From: Camelus dromedarius
Lineage: Eukaryota
DNA length: 64,000 nt
Assembly: GCF_036321535.1 (NCBI RefSeq)
Contig: NC_087436.1
Span: forward strand, 66,156,001 to 66,220,000
Direction of reading: 5' to 3'
The first letter of the stretch is position 1. Every line of letters begins with the position of its first letter. The position numbers and the translations under genes were made by a program. This document shows positions 13,713-27,040 of this stretch, in pieces. The notes below the pieces were generated by a model. The model had not been told where the DNA came from. It searched no databases and saw only the letters and a program-made list of their open reading frames with translations.

Positions 13713-14377
13713 TCAGACAGGAAGGAAGGGTGCAGGGCAGAGTCATTCAAGAAATAACACAGCAATTAACATCAAACTGGTGGAAAATTCAACTCCCAAC
13801 AGGCCTTGAGGCCCATGATGGTGGGAGATTTGACTTCCAGTAGGCCTTGAGCTTCATTATATGCTCATTGTAATATACTAACATGCTAACTGGCACCCCC
13901 ACAGGCACCATGACAGTTCCAAGACTGACCATATAAGGTCAAAAAGTGATGGTGACCCAGTTCCTGGGAATCCCAGCCCCTTCCCCAAAGTAGTTGGAAT
14001 AATCTTCCCACTTGTTAGCGTAAAAAGTTACCCAGGCCATAAAAACTAACAATCCCCACACTTCATGTCTGCTCTCTCTTCTGAGTGAGATGGTCCACAC
14101 TCTGTCTATGGAGTGTGTAACTAAATTTACTTTATACTAAGCACCCAACCCCCACACCTCGTGGCCTTTCTCTTGCCTTCGGAGACAGCCTGCCCTCTGT
14201 CTATGGAGTATGTATCCCTCTGAGTAAATCTATCTTTACTCAACTGTATGTGGCTCACTCTTGAATTCTTTCCTACATGAAGCCAAGAAGCCACACTTGG
14301 CAGGGTGTGTCTCAGGGACTCAACCGAGACCTGTGACACGGCCATCCTTTGGCCCTATGTTCATTTTTCCTGTATCA
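13713..14377 (+). mobile_element. MER41-like ERV1 solo LTR (about 665 bp)
   Basis: Imperfect terminal inverted repeat tcagacaggaa / ttcctgtatca. MER41-like blocks in order: ccatgacagtt, ccatataaggtcaaaaag, cagttcctgggaat, gaataatc, ccataaaaa, ctctgtctatggagt (twice), tgaattctttc, ccaagaa. Confidence 0.75.
13929..13938. promoter_or_regulatory. Perfect CArG box CCATATAAGG (SRF motif) inside the LTR
   Basis: Exact CC(A/T)6GG match; function not shown. Confidence 0.45.
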
Positions 14378-14999
14378 TAGTCATAATTTTTACCTAACCA
14401 ACCTGTAGTAACTTTTTATATACAAGGTGAATTTTAATATAAAGTAACATTTCAGAAAAAGAATATCTTTAAGGGAGTTCATATTATAATATGAAGAACA
14501 CATACAGAAACTTAGCCGTATAAAATCATGAAAAATTCAATTCATATTAAGTTGATTAGTAATTATTTGAACATAGGGAGTATGAGAAAATATCTTTGAA
14601 GATTACACTAGAGAGAAAATGCAGGAACCAGTCCATAAAGAATCTGTTGCTTTCAATAAAGTTTTAAAGAAAAATTTAGTAGATTATACTTGTTCATGGT
14701 AAACAATCTGGAAAACATAGAACAGACAGAAAAAAATTATTTTTAATCCTCTTACCTTATAATTGTGAATTTTTTGATACTTTTCTTTCTTTTATATTAT
14801 TATTTAATATGTAAATTTGCTTTTATTTTTGGTGGTTTTCTGTTTTGTTTTTTGCTTTAGTGTTGTTAAATATCTACAGGATAAGTGCTTATCACTTTTG
14901 CATTCTATTTCATTTAATCTTTCATATTAGGATTTAATTATGCCAATTAAAATTCATAGAATATATATTTTAAAAGCTAAATATAACTCCATTATCTAG

Positions 15000-15295
15000 C
15001 TATAGCATAAATTGACAGTGTCAGCTGAAAGTTCATCCAGTTAGCAAATTCAGAGTCTCACCATCTGCTTCATCCTGCCCCTCATATCACTGTTTACTCT
15101 GTCATAGCACACAGATTTTCTTATAGCATGAGCACAGTCTAAAATTACTTTGCCACTCATTTATTAGTTATATTCTCATTTTCTATCTCAAATGAGACTC
15201 CAAGAAATAAAAACCTTGTTTACTTTTTTCAGGAGAGCTCAGACCTGTTTTTTAGATACCAGATACCAGTAAATATCTTTAATGGATTAACAGAA
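15000..15295 (+). mobile_element. L2 3' end remnant
   Basis: ttcttatagcatgagcacagtctaaaatta, tgagactccaag, cagtaaatatctttaatggattaa. Confidence 0.45.
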
Positions 15296-16799
15296 ATCGT
15301 ATAATATAAAAACTAAATGTTGGTAATGTAATTCAAACATGGATGTTATATAACATTAGAAGCAATAAGAATTGACAATTATTTAAATCTACAACCATTT
15401 CCTGTAAGAATTTATAGCGAAAGTATATTACAGGTTGCTTACCTCAAATATTTTATTGATAAGAAAATGACAAGAAAACACATATCTAACAACTTAAGGT
15501 AAGCAAACCTAGCCAATATAAGATATTTTACAATAACAATTCCTAAATGACTTACTTTTTATTTTTATAAATTTCTTCTTAATGTTAAACTAATTGATAA
15601 TGTAAATGTAAATATAGGAAAGATTTCTTTATTGGGGTTATTTATCCTATTATATTCTCTGTTGAATTAGCCAATAGATGATTAGACAAAGTATAATAAT
15701 TCCTTTTACTTGGAGATTCTACCAGGAAGGACAAGAAAACTTGGAAAACAACCTATTTGTTGAATGGATAACAATTAGGAAATCATTGATAGAAGAAGAA
15801 TGAATTATAAAGAATTTATTGTAGAAATAACATTGATTTCCAGGTCAGTAGAATGATGGGATACACATAAAATTATACTTTGTGATTGTTGTGAACATTT
15901 TTTATATTTGACGGAAAAAATAGAATTTTATGGGCACCAATCATTTCTCAAACAGTCAAAAAATATAAACATATGTCTTCTATAGTCTCAGGAAAATAAA
16001 TCTGGTATGATTATACATTTGTTTTTTAAAACATACCTGAACTTTTTTTTCTTACATGTTTTAAGCACTGTTATCTAACTACAGTTAAAAATCAAAATCC
16101 CGTTTTAAAATGGAACTTCTGCCTCCAAAATGCTTTTTTACATCTTGACGATCAAACCTCCCCTAAAGGAAGGCTAATTATAGGCTTCAGTATGCACCTG
16201 GGTGAAAATTAACTTTTAAGCAGCCTTTAGAATAAATGTTTTTTAATTATTATCATTATGCAAAAGCTGCATAAATGCTTTTAATTGTACTTATAAAGTA
16301 ACATTTGCTATAATCACCTCTAATATCCAAGAGCAACCACAAGGGTTTTTTTTTTCTTTTTTTTTTTTAAATAAAAATAGAAAGAACCCTCATTATTGAT
16401 TCACAGGTCATTTTACTTTATGAGCACAAATGTTATAACTGAAATATATCAACTGCAAAAGTGTAACATGTGCTCAGTGACAGTTACTTAAAATTGAATT
16501 TAAATATCTTGAAAATACATTTAATTACAAGATTAAAGGTCAATATACAAGATATTCAACTATAGTGTTGAATTTTGTGATTTGATTACCCTTTGATATT
16601 AAGCATAACATTTTTATAGAGAAGTAAGATTGAACATGCACATTTAAAAATAAGAATATGTTTCATTTATTTGAAAAATATTTGATGCTACCAAATTTTA
16701 TTGTCTCTTTTAAGAAATATTGCTTAAAATTGCTGCCTGTGTGTATGAGTTAGTGAATAAGTTTTTTTTCATTTTTTTACTTTTAATGGAATTATAGTC

Positions 16800-17235
16800 A
16801 TTTTCAGTTGTGGTAAATACACATAAAATTGACCACATTAACAATTTTTAAGTGTACAAGTTCAGTGACATTAATTATACTCATATTGTTGTACAACCAT
16901 CACCACCATCCATCTCCAGAACTTTTTCAGCATCCCAAATCAAAACTCTATACCCATTAAACAACAACTACCCATCCCCTTCTTTCTCCAGCCCCTGGCA
17001 ACCCCTATTCTACCTTCTGTCTCTAAGAATTTCTGCTCTAGGTCCCTCATATAATTGGAATAATACTAGATTTGTCTTTTTCACACATGTTGTAGGATGT
17101 CTCAGAACTCCCTTTTTAAGGATGAATAATATTCCGTTGTATAGATACACCATATTTTGTTTACCCATTCATTCATCAGTGGATAATGGGTTGTTATGAA
17201 TATGCTTGTTTGAGTGTCGGTGTTCAATGATTTTC
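16800..17235 (-). mobile_element. L1MB-type 3' end
   Basis: aatttttaagtgtacaagttcagtg, caaccatcaccaccatccatctccagaactttttc, ccagcccctggcaacc; explains track ORF 16852..17199. Confidence 0.88.
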
Positions 17236-18019
17236 ATTTTCAAAGAGTCACACTAACTACTGTGTTGAGATTAGATAGTAGATGTCAATACTAGAAGCTA
17301 GAGACCAGGTAAGGGGCTAGATGAGCGTTGATGGTGAGAGAAAATGGTAGTGGTGGAGGAAGTGAGAAGTTACCAAACTCTGATTGGATCTCAAAGATAA
17401 TGCTGGCCTCTGGGCTGAAGCAGTGGGCATTTTTCTGCATTCTTTCTTTCAAGGCTAGCATCTGATACAGTGAAATTTACTTCTTTCAACTTTCTATGGG
17501 AAGTCAGAAAATGATACTTCTAGAGAAACCTGGTTGTTTATCTATAGAGAGACTGACAAAAGTGCTAAGCAGTCTTCAGTCCTATTTCAACCAGGTAGAG
17601 GCCTGAAAAATTTCTCAGGGTGCCAGAAAACTTGAACAAAACACCAAAAAAGTTTAATTTTAACCATTTGAGAATAAGTTTTGTTTCCACAAAACTTTTG
17701 CTAAAAGACAAAATGCGCTAAGTGTCGTAAGGGTATATTTTTATTCAAACTTAGCCAGAAATTAAAAACAAAACAAACCAACAAACAAACAAACCACGTG
17801 CAAACAAACCAAAAACACCTTTAAAGTAGCAGCTTGAGCTACAATTGATGAAGGGGTGGGGAAGACAGGTAAGAGGCTATAATAATATGGAGTGAGGTAG
17901 CAGCTGTTTCAACTTTTGTTCTTCTGTTTTTCTTTCGATTTATTTCCCTCTCCAGCTACTTTTTATAAGAAATGTGCAAAAGACGGAGATGTGGTATTTT
18001 AAAAACACTGTCTCCAATT

Positions 18020-20661
18020 TTTATTTTTGAATAGAAAAAGTAATATTCCAGACAATTATTTAAAATTTAGCCATCAATGATTAGATTAACTGTGATGCTT
18101 CTTTTTAATATCATATGTAATCACAATTCTAGTATCTGTCAGAAAGTTTTAAAGTTAATTTATTAAATCTTGACTGCTTAATTATGTTCATAAAATTTAA
18201 ATATGTTATTGACTATATTATGTGCAAAACTGTAGGCTGCCAGGCTCATAACTGTTACACTAAATGATTTGGAGGTAGAAGCTAAGATCTTTGATCTGTG
18301 ATTATATTTTTCCTCTACTGCTTATGATTATTTCCCATCCCCTGGAATGGGGACTTCATTAGTAAAGATATAGTAAGTTCTGTTTTGATAAGGGGAAGAT
18401 TTATGTGAAAATTCATTTTCCTTGTGGTCTAGTCTACTTTGAGTAGTTTCATCCTCCTGAAGACTCCTTAAACCAATTCATGTAGAGATATGTAGAAGAG
18501 AATTACTAAACACCCAGTAACCCAAAGTAAACTGATAGGTAACCCAATCTTTGAAGATATCATCAGGCATTAATTCACAGATCTATGCATTTCTCAAAAG
18601 AAATGTTTATGGTATATTTTATATGCCAGCCATTAATGGTATATTTTCTATTTTTAAACTTTCTGTGGTGTTTTTTTAAATTTATAAGTAGTATGCTCTA
18701 CAAAAGTGATAGAGTGAAAAAATGGAGAGCAAATGCATTCTAAGATATAATGGAGAAATGGCCTGAGAGGAGACTGATCATTTGAACCAGGATATTGAAT
18801 ACAACCAGGGAAGATAATTTTTAACAGGAAAATACAAGTTGTGGTAATTCCATTCCTTTATATCTCATGTAGCCCAAAGAATAAAAGAACAAAACCAGAA
18901 AATGTTAGTATTCTTTTCATACGTGTTTTTAATTAATTTCAATTAATTCTACTAATGATTTTATTGTTATGAATTATGTTGGCTTCTAAATAAGTAAACT
19001 ATCTAAAAAGCAGAGGCTTCATTATTACATTTTCTTCTCTTATCTACTGTTTGCCCACAGCTGACATTTAGTTCCTTTAACAAATTTATCAATGAATAGA
19101 GTAGGAAAATTTGAATGTTAAGTGGCAGTATCTTAGTACTGTTTCCCAGTTATATGGCTGATAATAACATTTAACTTGTTCCTTAAACTACAAAACTGCG
19201 TCTTGACCAATCCCATATTACTTTAATGATGATATCATGTATATACATACCTCATTTAAATTAGAAATAAGGCCTATTTGTCTTTCTCTATTGAAAACGT
19301 GGATTTGTGAATGCTAATATCATCATAATCTTTAATTTTCATAAAAATCGTAGTTGTTGAAAATACACATACAAGAATTTTAGAATTCGAGAATGTAAGT
19401 GCATTTTATTTATAAGATGAGGATACTGGCACTTTGGGAGAATATAGTATAATGAAGCATATTTAGGATGGCATATTATGTTATGACAAATATGATTCCA
19501 TGCTATTTTACTGAATGGGTATTAGTGAATTAAAGTTTGTTGTCTTCCCATGAGATATTTTAATATTTTACATTTGGGAATGATAATAACGTTTTTAAAG
19601 GAGTGCTTTTGTTATTTCTTAAATAGTCGTTCACATAAACTCTCACAGAATGCATATAGACCTACTTTTACCAAGGATATTATGTCATATATGTATATAT
19701 CTAAGAACTTTAATGAGGATATTTTGACATATGTATATCTATCTATCTAGAGAGATAGATTTATGTCAGAGAATTGGAAAGTCTCTAGAAATTAACCAAT
19801 CTAAACAACCCCAATTTAAATATGAAGAGACTAAGAATTTCTTTTAAATATATAATATGTATTTAATTTTTGTCAGTTATATCCTTGTCAAAATATATAT
19901 GCATATTCACATATACACTCATATACACATGCATACAGCCTTGGAGAAGACATAGGAATTTAAAAGTGTAAAAATAAAGCAAAAATATCTTTACACTTTA
20001 CATCTCAAAGTTCCAATGCACTCTCTTTTTATCATCACATATAATCCATTGAAAAATATATATTTCAATATATATATTCATATATAAATGTGATTTATTC
20101 ATTTATGACTGTTAAAATTCCAGAATAATATACAATGTATATATTATGAATAAGTAAGGTACATGGCTAATTACAACTATTTAACTTTTAATATAGGTAG
20201 AATTTTCATAAGAAATTGATCTCTTAGCATAAGATACTTGATACTTCTCAGTAACATATTGAACAATAAGAAAAAAGTTTAATTGCTGTCAAAATAATAT
20301 ATAGAATTTGAGTGATTTACAACTTTTAAAAATATTTACCTTAGAATTCAGGTATTTTAAATTGTCCTAAGCAAATTGTATTATGAAATATTTAATGAAG
20401 TAAGATTTCATAAAGATCAATCCCTTGCAAACATATTGGATGCTATTTTTCATTAGTCATATTATAATTTCTACTTTTCATTTGTCTGAAGTTTATTACT
20501 CTAAATTTAGCTAGGTACTACCATTTTATATTTTTACTCAGAAAAATTTCTGTTATTTGTGAATTTCTGAAACACAATAGGCAACCATCATTCATCAAGT
20601 TTGATTTAGTGAGTCCATATACTACTTTTCTGTATATGAGATAAGATCACTTATTTTTTTC
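18020..20661 (-). other. TECRL: Probable TECRL 3' UTR (end undetermined)
   Basis: AT-rich sequence after the stop with several minus-strand AATAAA hexamers (plus-strand tttatt at 20492, 20094, 19405, 18960, 18159, 18020). Which is used cannot be read from DNA. Confidence 0.45.
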
Positions 20662-20789
20662 TTACAATATAAATGGAATCATTGCCGATTTCCTACGCAT
20701 GTAAGAATTGAATTTCTTCAGGTAAATCTTATGTTTCTTTTGTGCCCACAAAGACATCTGGATACTCACTAGAAGTGTAAAAATTCCAA
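20662..20789 (-). CDS. TECRL: TECRL exon 12 coding part (128 nt): (V)[41 protein letters not shown]
   Basis: Acceptor ttttcttctag|, TAA stop at 20662-20664; equals the C-terminal part of track ORF 20662..20868. Confidence 0.97.
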
Positions 20790-21652
20790 CTAGAAGAAAA
20801 AAGATATAATCATTCATTCTCTTATTTTTATGATGAATACAGCAAGTTATATTAGAAACAACTATCATATATAGCTCTTAAAATATTTATCAAATGCTGC
20901 ATAGTTCTCTATCAATTTTCTTTACTCACATTTATCTTCTAGTATAATATACATTCAATCGATCAATGGTTAAATAGACATAAAAAGTTCATAGAGATTA
21001 AAATAAATCTATATTTTTTATGTCTCACTGCCACAAAATACTCCCAAATAAGGAGTTTAAAAAACTCATTGAATTTTTAAATAATAGTTTTCCATATGCT
21101 TATAAAATACCTCTACATATACATACACACATATGACAAACCACATTAATTGTAATCCAGATTTTTGTGCAGTTGAACAAAGAATGGATGAAATGGACAG
21201 AACATATATCCCTTCTAATACATGCATTTCATAGCAATTTGACTTTTTCCTCTGTGTTAAAATGACCAGTTTTCAATATTACTCATACTCCCAGCCTTCC
21301 CTTCACAGACACATATGGATGCTTGAAGACATAGTATGTACAAGTCTGTGAGCATGTACAAGAGAGTTTCAAGTGAAGTGTATTAATATTACTGCTTCTT
21401 TTTAACAAAACTTTGTTTCTCAATAAATATATTTGCATTTTCTAGCTTGGGTTAAGCCACAGCTACACAGAGATGCATATTAAATAAAGTTTCAACATAT
21501 TTTAATACTGCTAAAAAGTTCAAAATAAAATAAAAGCATAACATCCCCTTACAAATATGACTAATTCTAATACTATAGCAACTTGTCCTCAGAAACCACG
21601 TATCTTAAAGGTGTATTTACTTCAATTAATTATGAGTAAACCAAAGTCTTAC

Positions 21653-21698
21653 CTGGCAGTGTTTGCGTCATGACTGTGAAACTAATCCATGATCCAAT
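21653..21698 (-). CDS. TECRL: TECRL exon 11 (46 nt): IGSWISFTVMTQTLP(V)
   Basis: Acceptor gatctaacag|, donor CAG|gtaaga. Confidence 0.96.
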
Positions 21699-22207
21699 CT
21701 GTTAGATCGAAACATAACAAATATTTACTTGTTCACTAGTGGCATTAAATAGGCAATTAAAAAAAATTAAAACACAGTAGAAAAATTATAAGTAGAAATA
21801 CATATCCCAAAGATAATTATTTCATTGTTAAATATGATAAAGCCATTAAATAATCCCATAAAACAGTGTCATATTCATAAGAAATGAAAGATAATGTTCT
21901 AAAAATGTTGATTAAAAAATAAAACCCTGAAACTTCTCAGGATATTTTATATGACAATTGTAAAATTTTCTTTAAATATAGATTAATATATGTACAAATA
22001 TTATTTATTCTGCAGAGAAAATTATGGTTGAATAATTTCAATTTTCTATGCCTATAGCAAATTGAAATCTATATCATCATCTATATTTCTGTCTATTCTA
22101 TGCCTGTATCTATGGTAAAACCTATATGTATAATGATATCATATATGATAACACTTATAACATATATTAACCTATAATACATGTAAATACATAAACACAT
22201 GTATTTA

Positions 22208-22390
<183 letters not shown>

Positions 22391-23725
22391 TCACATGTTG
22401 TATAGGTCTGAGTTCCCTAGAACAACTATATACCATGTGAAATGTCATCATATATTTATAAAAACTATTTTCACAAATTACTTCAGAAGACACCCATTTT
22501 CAAATGGTATGACCTTTTGACTCAAATAGAATACCTATGGTTTTCTGACCATGTCTACAGCTATGTTGCTGTGAAATTAACCACAATAATCAGTTCTTTA
22601 AGTTTCTAAATAAAGTTATATATAAACATTACTTCGTATATTTGAATACTTTGTAATAGTTGCAGCAATATTGCATACTGAGATTCATAAATGCATTTTA
22701 ACAATTGCATGCCTCTTCCTATTCATTAGTGTCAAAGAAGATATTGTTGGTTGAGATTTTTAAATATCTTAAAACCCTCTATTAAATTAGTGAAAATCCA
22801 AAGTGAGTTTTATAAGGATGTCATTTAAATCAGAAAAGTGCGAAAATCTCTCATAAGAGGATTACAATGAATATCAGTGTAGTTAATATTCAGAAATACC
22901 ACATAAATTATTTCTTCTCAGTAATCAGGGTTGTCATTTACAGCTCTCATTATATTTAGCATATTGTATTTTGATTTTTGTTAGTTGCTTTTTGCCTTTT
23001 GAATTTTGTTCAAGAAACATTTGGATAACAAATTTCCAATGGTTTCAAGTTGAACTTTGAGCTGTGATATTTTAAAATAAATATGAACTATAAAATTACT
23101 ATTCTCCATAGCAAGATTTAATCAGATATCACATCAAATAATCTTTCAGTTATAATACTAAAGTCATAATGAAATGTCAGTATGTTGTTTTCAAAATTGT
23201 GACTACTGTTGAATTTGTTAAAGTAAAAAATTTATTGGGCACTATGCAGATTTCATGCACTGCTCATTTCAAGATAAAGACATATATGTATGCCATTTAA
23301 GTAGTACAGATTCTCTTGGTAACATTTATGTAAACGCCTTTACGTAACTTCCATTTATTTATCAATAGAAAGATAATTGAGGAACCTACCCACATTATAG
23401 GAACTGAATTTCAGAGGTAGAATTTGCACACAAGATAATCTAGGTTAAAGCCAGTTTATGACTGATAAGCCACTGGAGGTAGTGGAATGATCAGTGTCCA
23501 CAAATACCCATTTCTTCCAGATGTCATTTGTAGATTAAATAACCAATATGTTTTATGACACAGAAAAACATTATATAGGTATTTTCTAAAGTGTATATAG
23601 TTGCTATTAATTATAATAATATATGTTTATAAGTTACTAATTTAATATTTACATTTCTGTGATATGCTTTCTCAACCCATAGTTACTATTTATAATAGAG
23701 CTTCAGTTAAGTTGAAGTTGAAGGT

Positions 23726-23753
23726 TTTGTTTGTTTGTTTGTTTGTTTGTTTT
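23726..23753. repeat. (TTTG)n microsatellite
   Basis: Read directly. Confidence 0.9.
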
Positions 23754-23976
23754 TTTAACATTACAATGTTGCACCACCCATATTCTTCTTGAGGCATAAA
23801 GGATTTATCCCAAAAAAAATATTCTGGAAAGTGTTTCATATGCTTCACCAGACTGCCAGAAATGTGCAAGACAAGAAAATGTGAAGAAATTCAGACAGAT
23901 GTTAAAACAAACTTGAAGAGACAAACAGACCTTTACTACTTAGTTATCTGTGTTTTCATATTTTTAAATGAGATTT

Positions 23977-23992
23977 TGTGTGTGTGTGTGTG
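23977..23992. repeat. (TG)8 microsatellite
   Basis: Read directly. Confidence 0.9.
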
Positions 23993-24174
23993 TACATAGA
24001 TACTTCATTTTAGAGAAACCATTATTAGGGAATATAATTTAGTTCAAATATTTGGAAAATTTAAGCATACAAAGACAAGAAGTAGAGAATAGTATTCTCA
24101 AATGTTTCCAACAATTGCTTTAAAAATAGTAATTAATAGAATTCACTCTAGAGAAGATTAAAAAAGAGATTAAC

Positions 24175-24232
24175 CTGTGTGATTGGGATGAGCCAACACA
24201 ACATTGATGAAATGGTTTCCAGCTTCACAAAT
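24175..24232 (-). CDS. TECRL: TECRL exon 9 (58 nt): ICEAGNHFINVVLAHPNHT(G)
   Basis: Acceptor tattttgcag|, donor CAG|gttaat. Confidence 0.94.
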
Positions 24233-25514
24233 CTGCAAAATATTTCAACCTTTTCAGTGTGATATACATGTGCCTTATTAAAAATACATTTTATAGATAT
24301 ACAAATATCCATGTAATATATTAATTCCAAAGATCCCCAAATATATATTATTACTCTAATTGTGGGAAGAGGAAATTTTGTATTATAATAATAAAAGAAG
24401 CTATTGTGGATAGATATAGAATCATAAGAATGAGTCACCTTGATTTAGAGATTTTGAAGATATTTTTGACCCTTTTAGACAGCTATGATCAAATTCCCTT
24501 GTTAATCAGATCCTGCTGATTATCTGCTTTGTACTTGTTACAATAAATAAATTTTTATGGTGTGAAGAGGCAAGTTATATCACTGAAGATAGATTTGGCA
24601 TAGGTTTACATATTCTAAATTTATTAACACAGTAGCAACCCTTCTATTGCAAGGGTAGTATGGTTCCCAGCTGGTTTTAGCTTAGTTTAGAAAATCTGTT
24701 GTAAGCAGTACTGCCCCACAAAGACACTTACTGCTTGTCTATCACCTGACCCCTTGGTCATGTTTAGTAGGCATTATGACCCTCTAAGAAGCTCAAGTGT
24801 TAATGTCCCCTGGGCTAATAGGGTTTGAATTTGTAACGTGTATCCTCTGAAGTTAAAACCCTTTCCTTTGTCTGTCATATATACTTTACCTGATTTAACA
24901 TAAAATGTATATTCAACATACAAATAACATGTTATTAATAACAAGTTAATGTTATCCAAAATATTGTTTAGAATCATTCCACTTTTCACCAAATGATAAA
25001 CTGTATCCCATAAGTTGAGCACTCTCAACTCAATGGCTTTAGTGCTATAAATCTCTTAAAATATATCTGATTTTGCTCTTTTTCTTTTCAACAATTTCTG
25101 AATTCCTTTCTTCGTATATAATTATAGTTCTGTAAACTTTTAATTTCTAGGTGGTTCTAACATTGAATAACTGGCATATATTTCTACACCGTAAATTTTA
25201 GGAAAGAAATACATTGAAAGAGAAAACAAAACTCCATTTGTCGTCACCTAAAACTGTTATACAAAAAGTCATTTGGAATAATCAACTTCACTAGGTTGAT
25301 TCTCCCAGAAGATAATATTAGAACATACACCAAATAAATTAAAATAACATTTGAAGTGCTGGAAAATCATATGATTGTTAGCATTCATATTTTTGCACAA
25401 ATTAATTGTAGAAGAGGCTTCCAATTTCTCAAGTTACCATTAGAAAGAGAAGATTAAATTTTCAGAATTTTCAGATCATTATTTTCAGTTGAAATTATTT
25501 ACATGAGTAAATGT

Positions 25515-25720
25515 GATTAAGAGTAGGTCTTTTGCTGGATGGCCCTGTGTTTGAATCCTGAGTCTTTCACTTAGTCGTTGCTATTGATTAAATGATTTAA
25601 ATTTTGAAATTTTCCTTCTTCACCTAAGTGCAAATTTTAATTCCTGTTTCATAGAGATTTTATAGTGATTAAATGAAATCAAGTACCTGACATATTAATT
25701 GCTCAATTAAATTATTCTGA
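25515..25720 (+). mobile_element. MIR SINE
   Basis: cctgtgtttgaatcctgagtctttcacttagt, tcatagag, gattaaatgaaat, gctcaattaaatt. Confidence 0.65.
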
Positions 25721-26937
25721 TAATTTTAGTTACCAATGTAATCAATTAAAACTTCTTGAGAGAATTGTTCTGCATTGATCTCACTTCTCTAAGTTTCTGT
25801 ATTGCATATTGTCAGCACCACAAAACACATAATTTGTTATAATGTTATATTTGTGTAGGTTTCAGTTAGACCACTAGAGTAGTCTTACCATAATTTATCA
25901 TTAGGTGTTCTTTATCCCACTCCCCCCCCCAAAAAAACATAATGTGTACTAAAATAAGAAATATGAGAGAAGAGGATAAAAAAGTGATAAATGAATAAGC
26001 CATATTTTTCATTTTGCTACCTACTGATGAAATGCTTACCTATGTATGTTCTAGGGGCAAAAAAGCACTGACTCTGTCTATATGCTTGGAAGTGCTTAGT
26101 TTATCATTAACCTAGCAACTTCCTATTGAATTTTAAAGAGAAATTGTGACAATCTGTAATTTTTACCTTAAGCACTGGCTTTCAAATTCTAGGTAATAAG
26201 TGAGTTCAATACAGGTTGCAGTACTAGTTGATCTAGATAAAAGTGGTTGATTTAATTTCCTCTTGGGTCAGTGCTTACTAACATTAGAAAATTCTGTCAG
26301 TGCTATAAAACTCAATGTGTGGTTTTATCACTGATTTAAATTCCAGGGACACATTAAATTTGAAACATTGGAATATTTCTTAGCATGATTACATACTTCT
26401 CCTGGGTTGATTCTTACCCAAATTAGATGTCTTCATTTAGTATATTGGATATTAACACAACAATTTCATAAATAGCATTTGGGGAAGTTGCTGACGTTAC
26501 TTTTGACTTTATATTACTTAAATTATAAATTATCTTAGATAATAAAATGTATCGATACTATCTGCTATGAACTATGTATGGCACCTATGTAACACATATG
26601 ACAAAAACAATTGTAGATGATAAATATACAGAAACATAAAAAAATAAGGAGACGATGTCCAGATATATTGAGAGAGAAATAATATCCAAACATTATATCC
26701 AAAACAAGCATGATTCTCCTCATTATAATAGTGGAACAAGTAAATTTGAAAATATTTCTATTGGGTTGCTCATATATGAACTGATCATTTGCAACAATCT
26801 TACTTTTTTTCAAAAAGTTTAATCTAATTAAAAATAAGTTTGTATTTTTTAAAACAACTCACAGAGAGATGCAACCCACAGATATTACCAGAATTGCCTG
26901 AGTTGTAAAGAACAAAATGGCATAGATTTTAAAAATC

Positions 26938-27040
26938 ATTGTTGTACAAAAATGTGAGTATACGTAACATTACTGAACTGTACACTAAAAATGGTTAAGA
27001 TGGTAAATGTTCTGCTATTTTTTAACTACAATTAAAAGTA
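26938..27040 (+). mobile_element. Short L1M 3'-terminal fragment
   Basis: actgaactgtacactaaaaatggttaagatggtaaat. Confidence 0.75.

Noticed and set aside
12326..14377. Two nearby LTRs as ends of one provirus
   Set aside because: They are not similar to each other, each has its own termini, and the 0.85 kb between them has no primer-binding site or gag/pol sequence.
20790..20868. N-terminal part of track ORF 20662..20868 as an independent small protein
   Set aside because: It is intron 11, including the polypyrimidine tract; the real exon starts after the AG at 20790-20791.
24148..24438. 96-aa minus-strand ORF overlapping exon 9
   Set aside because: Different frame from TECRL, low-complexity AT-rich codons, no recognisable homology.
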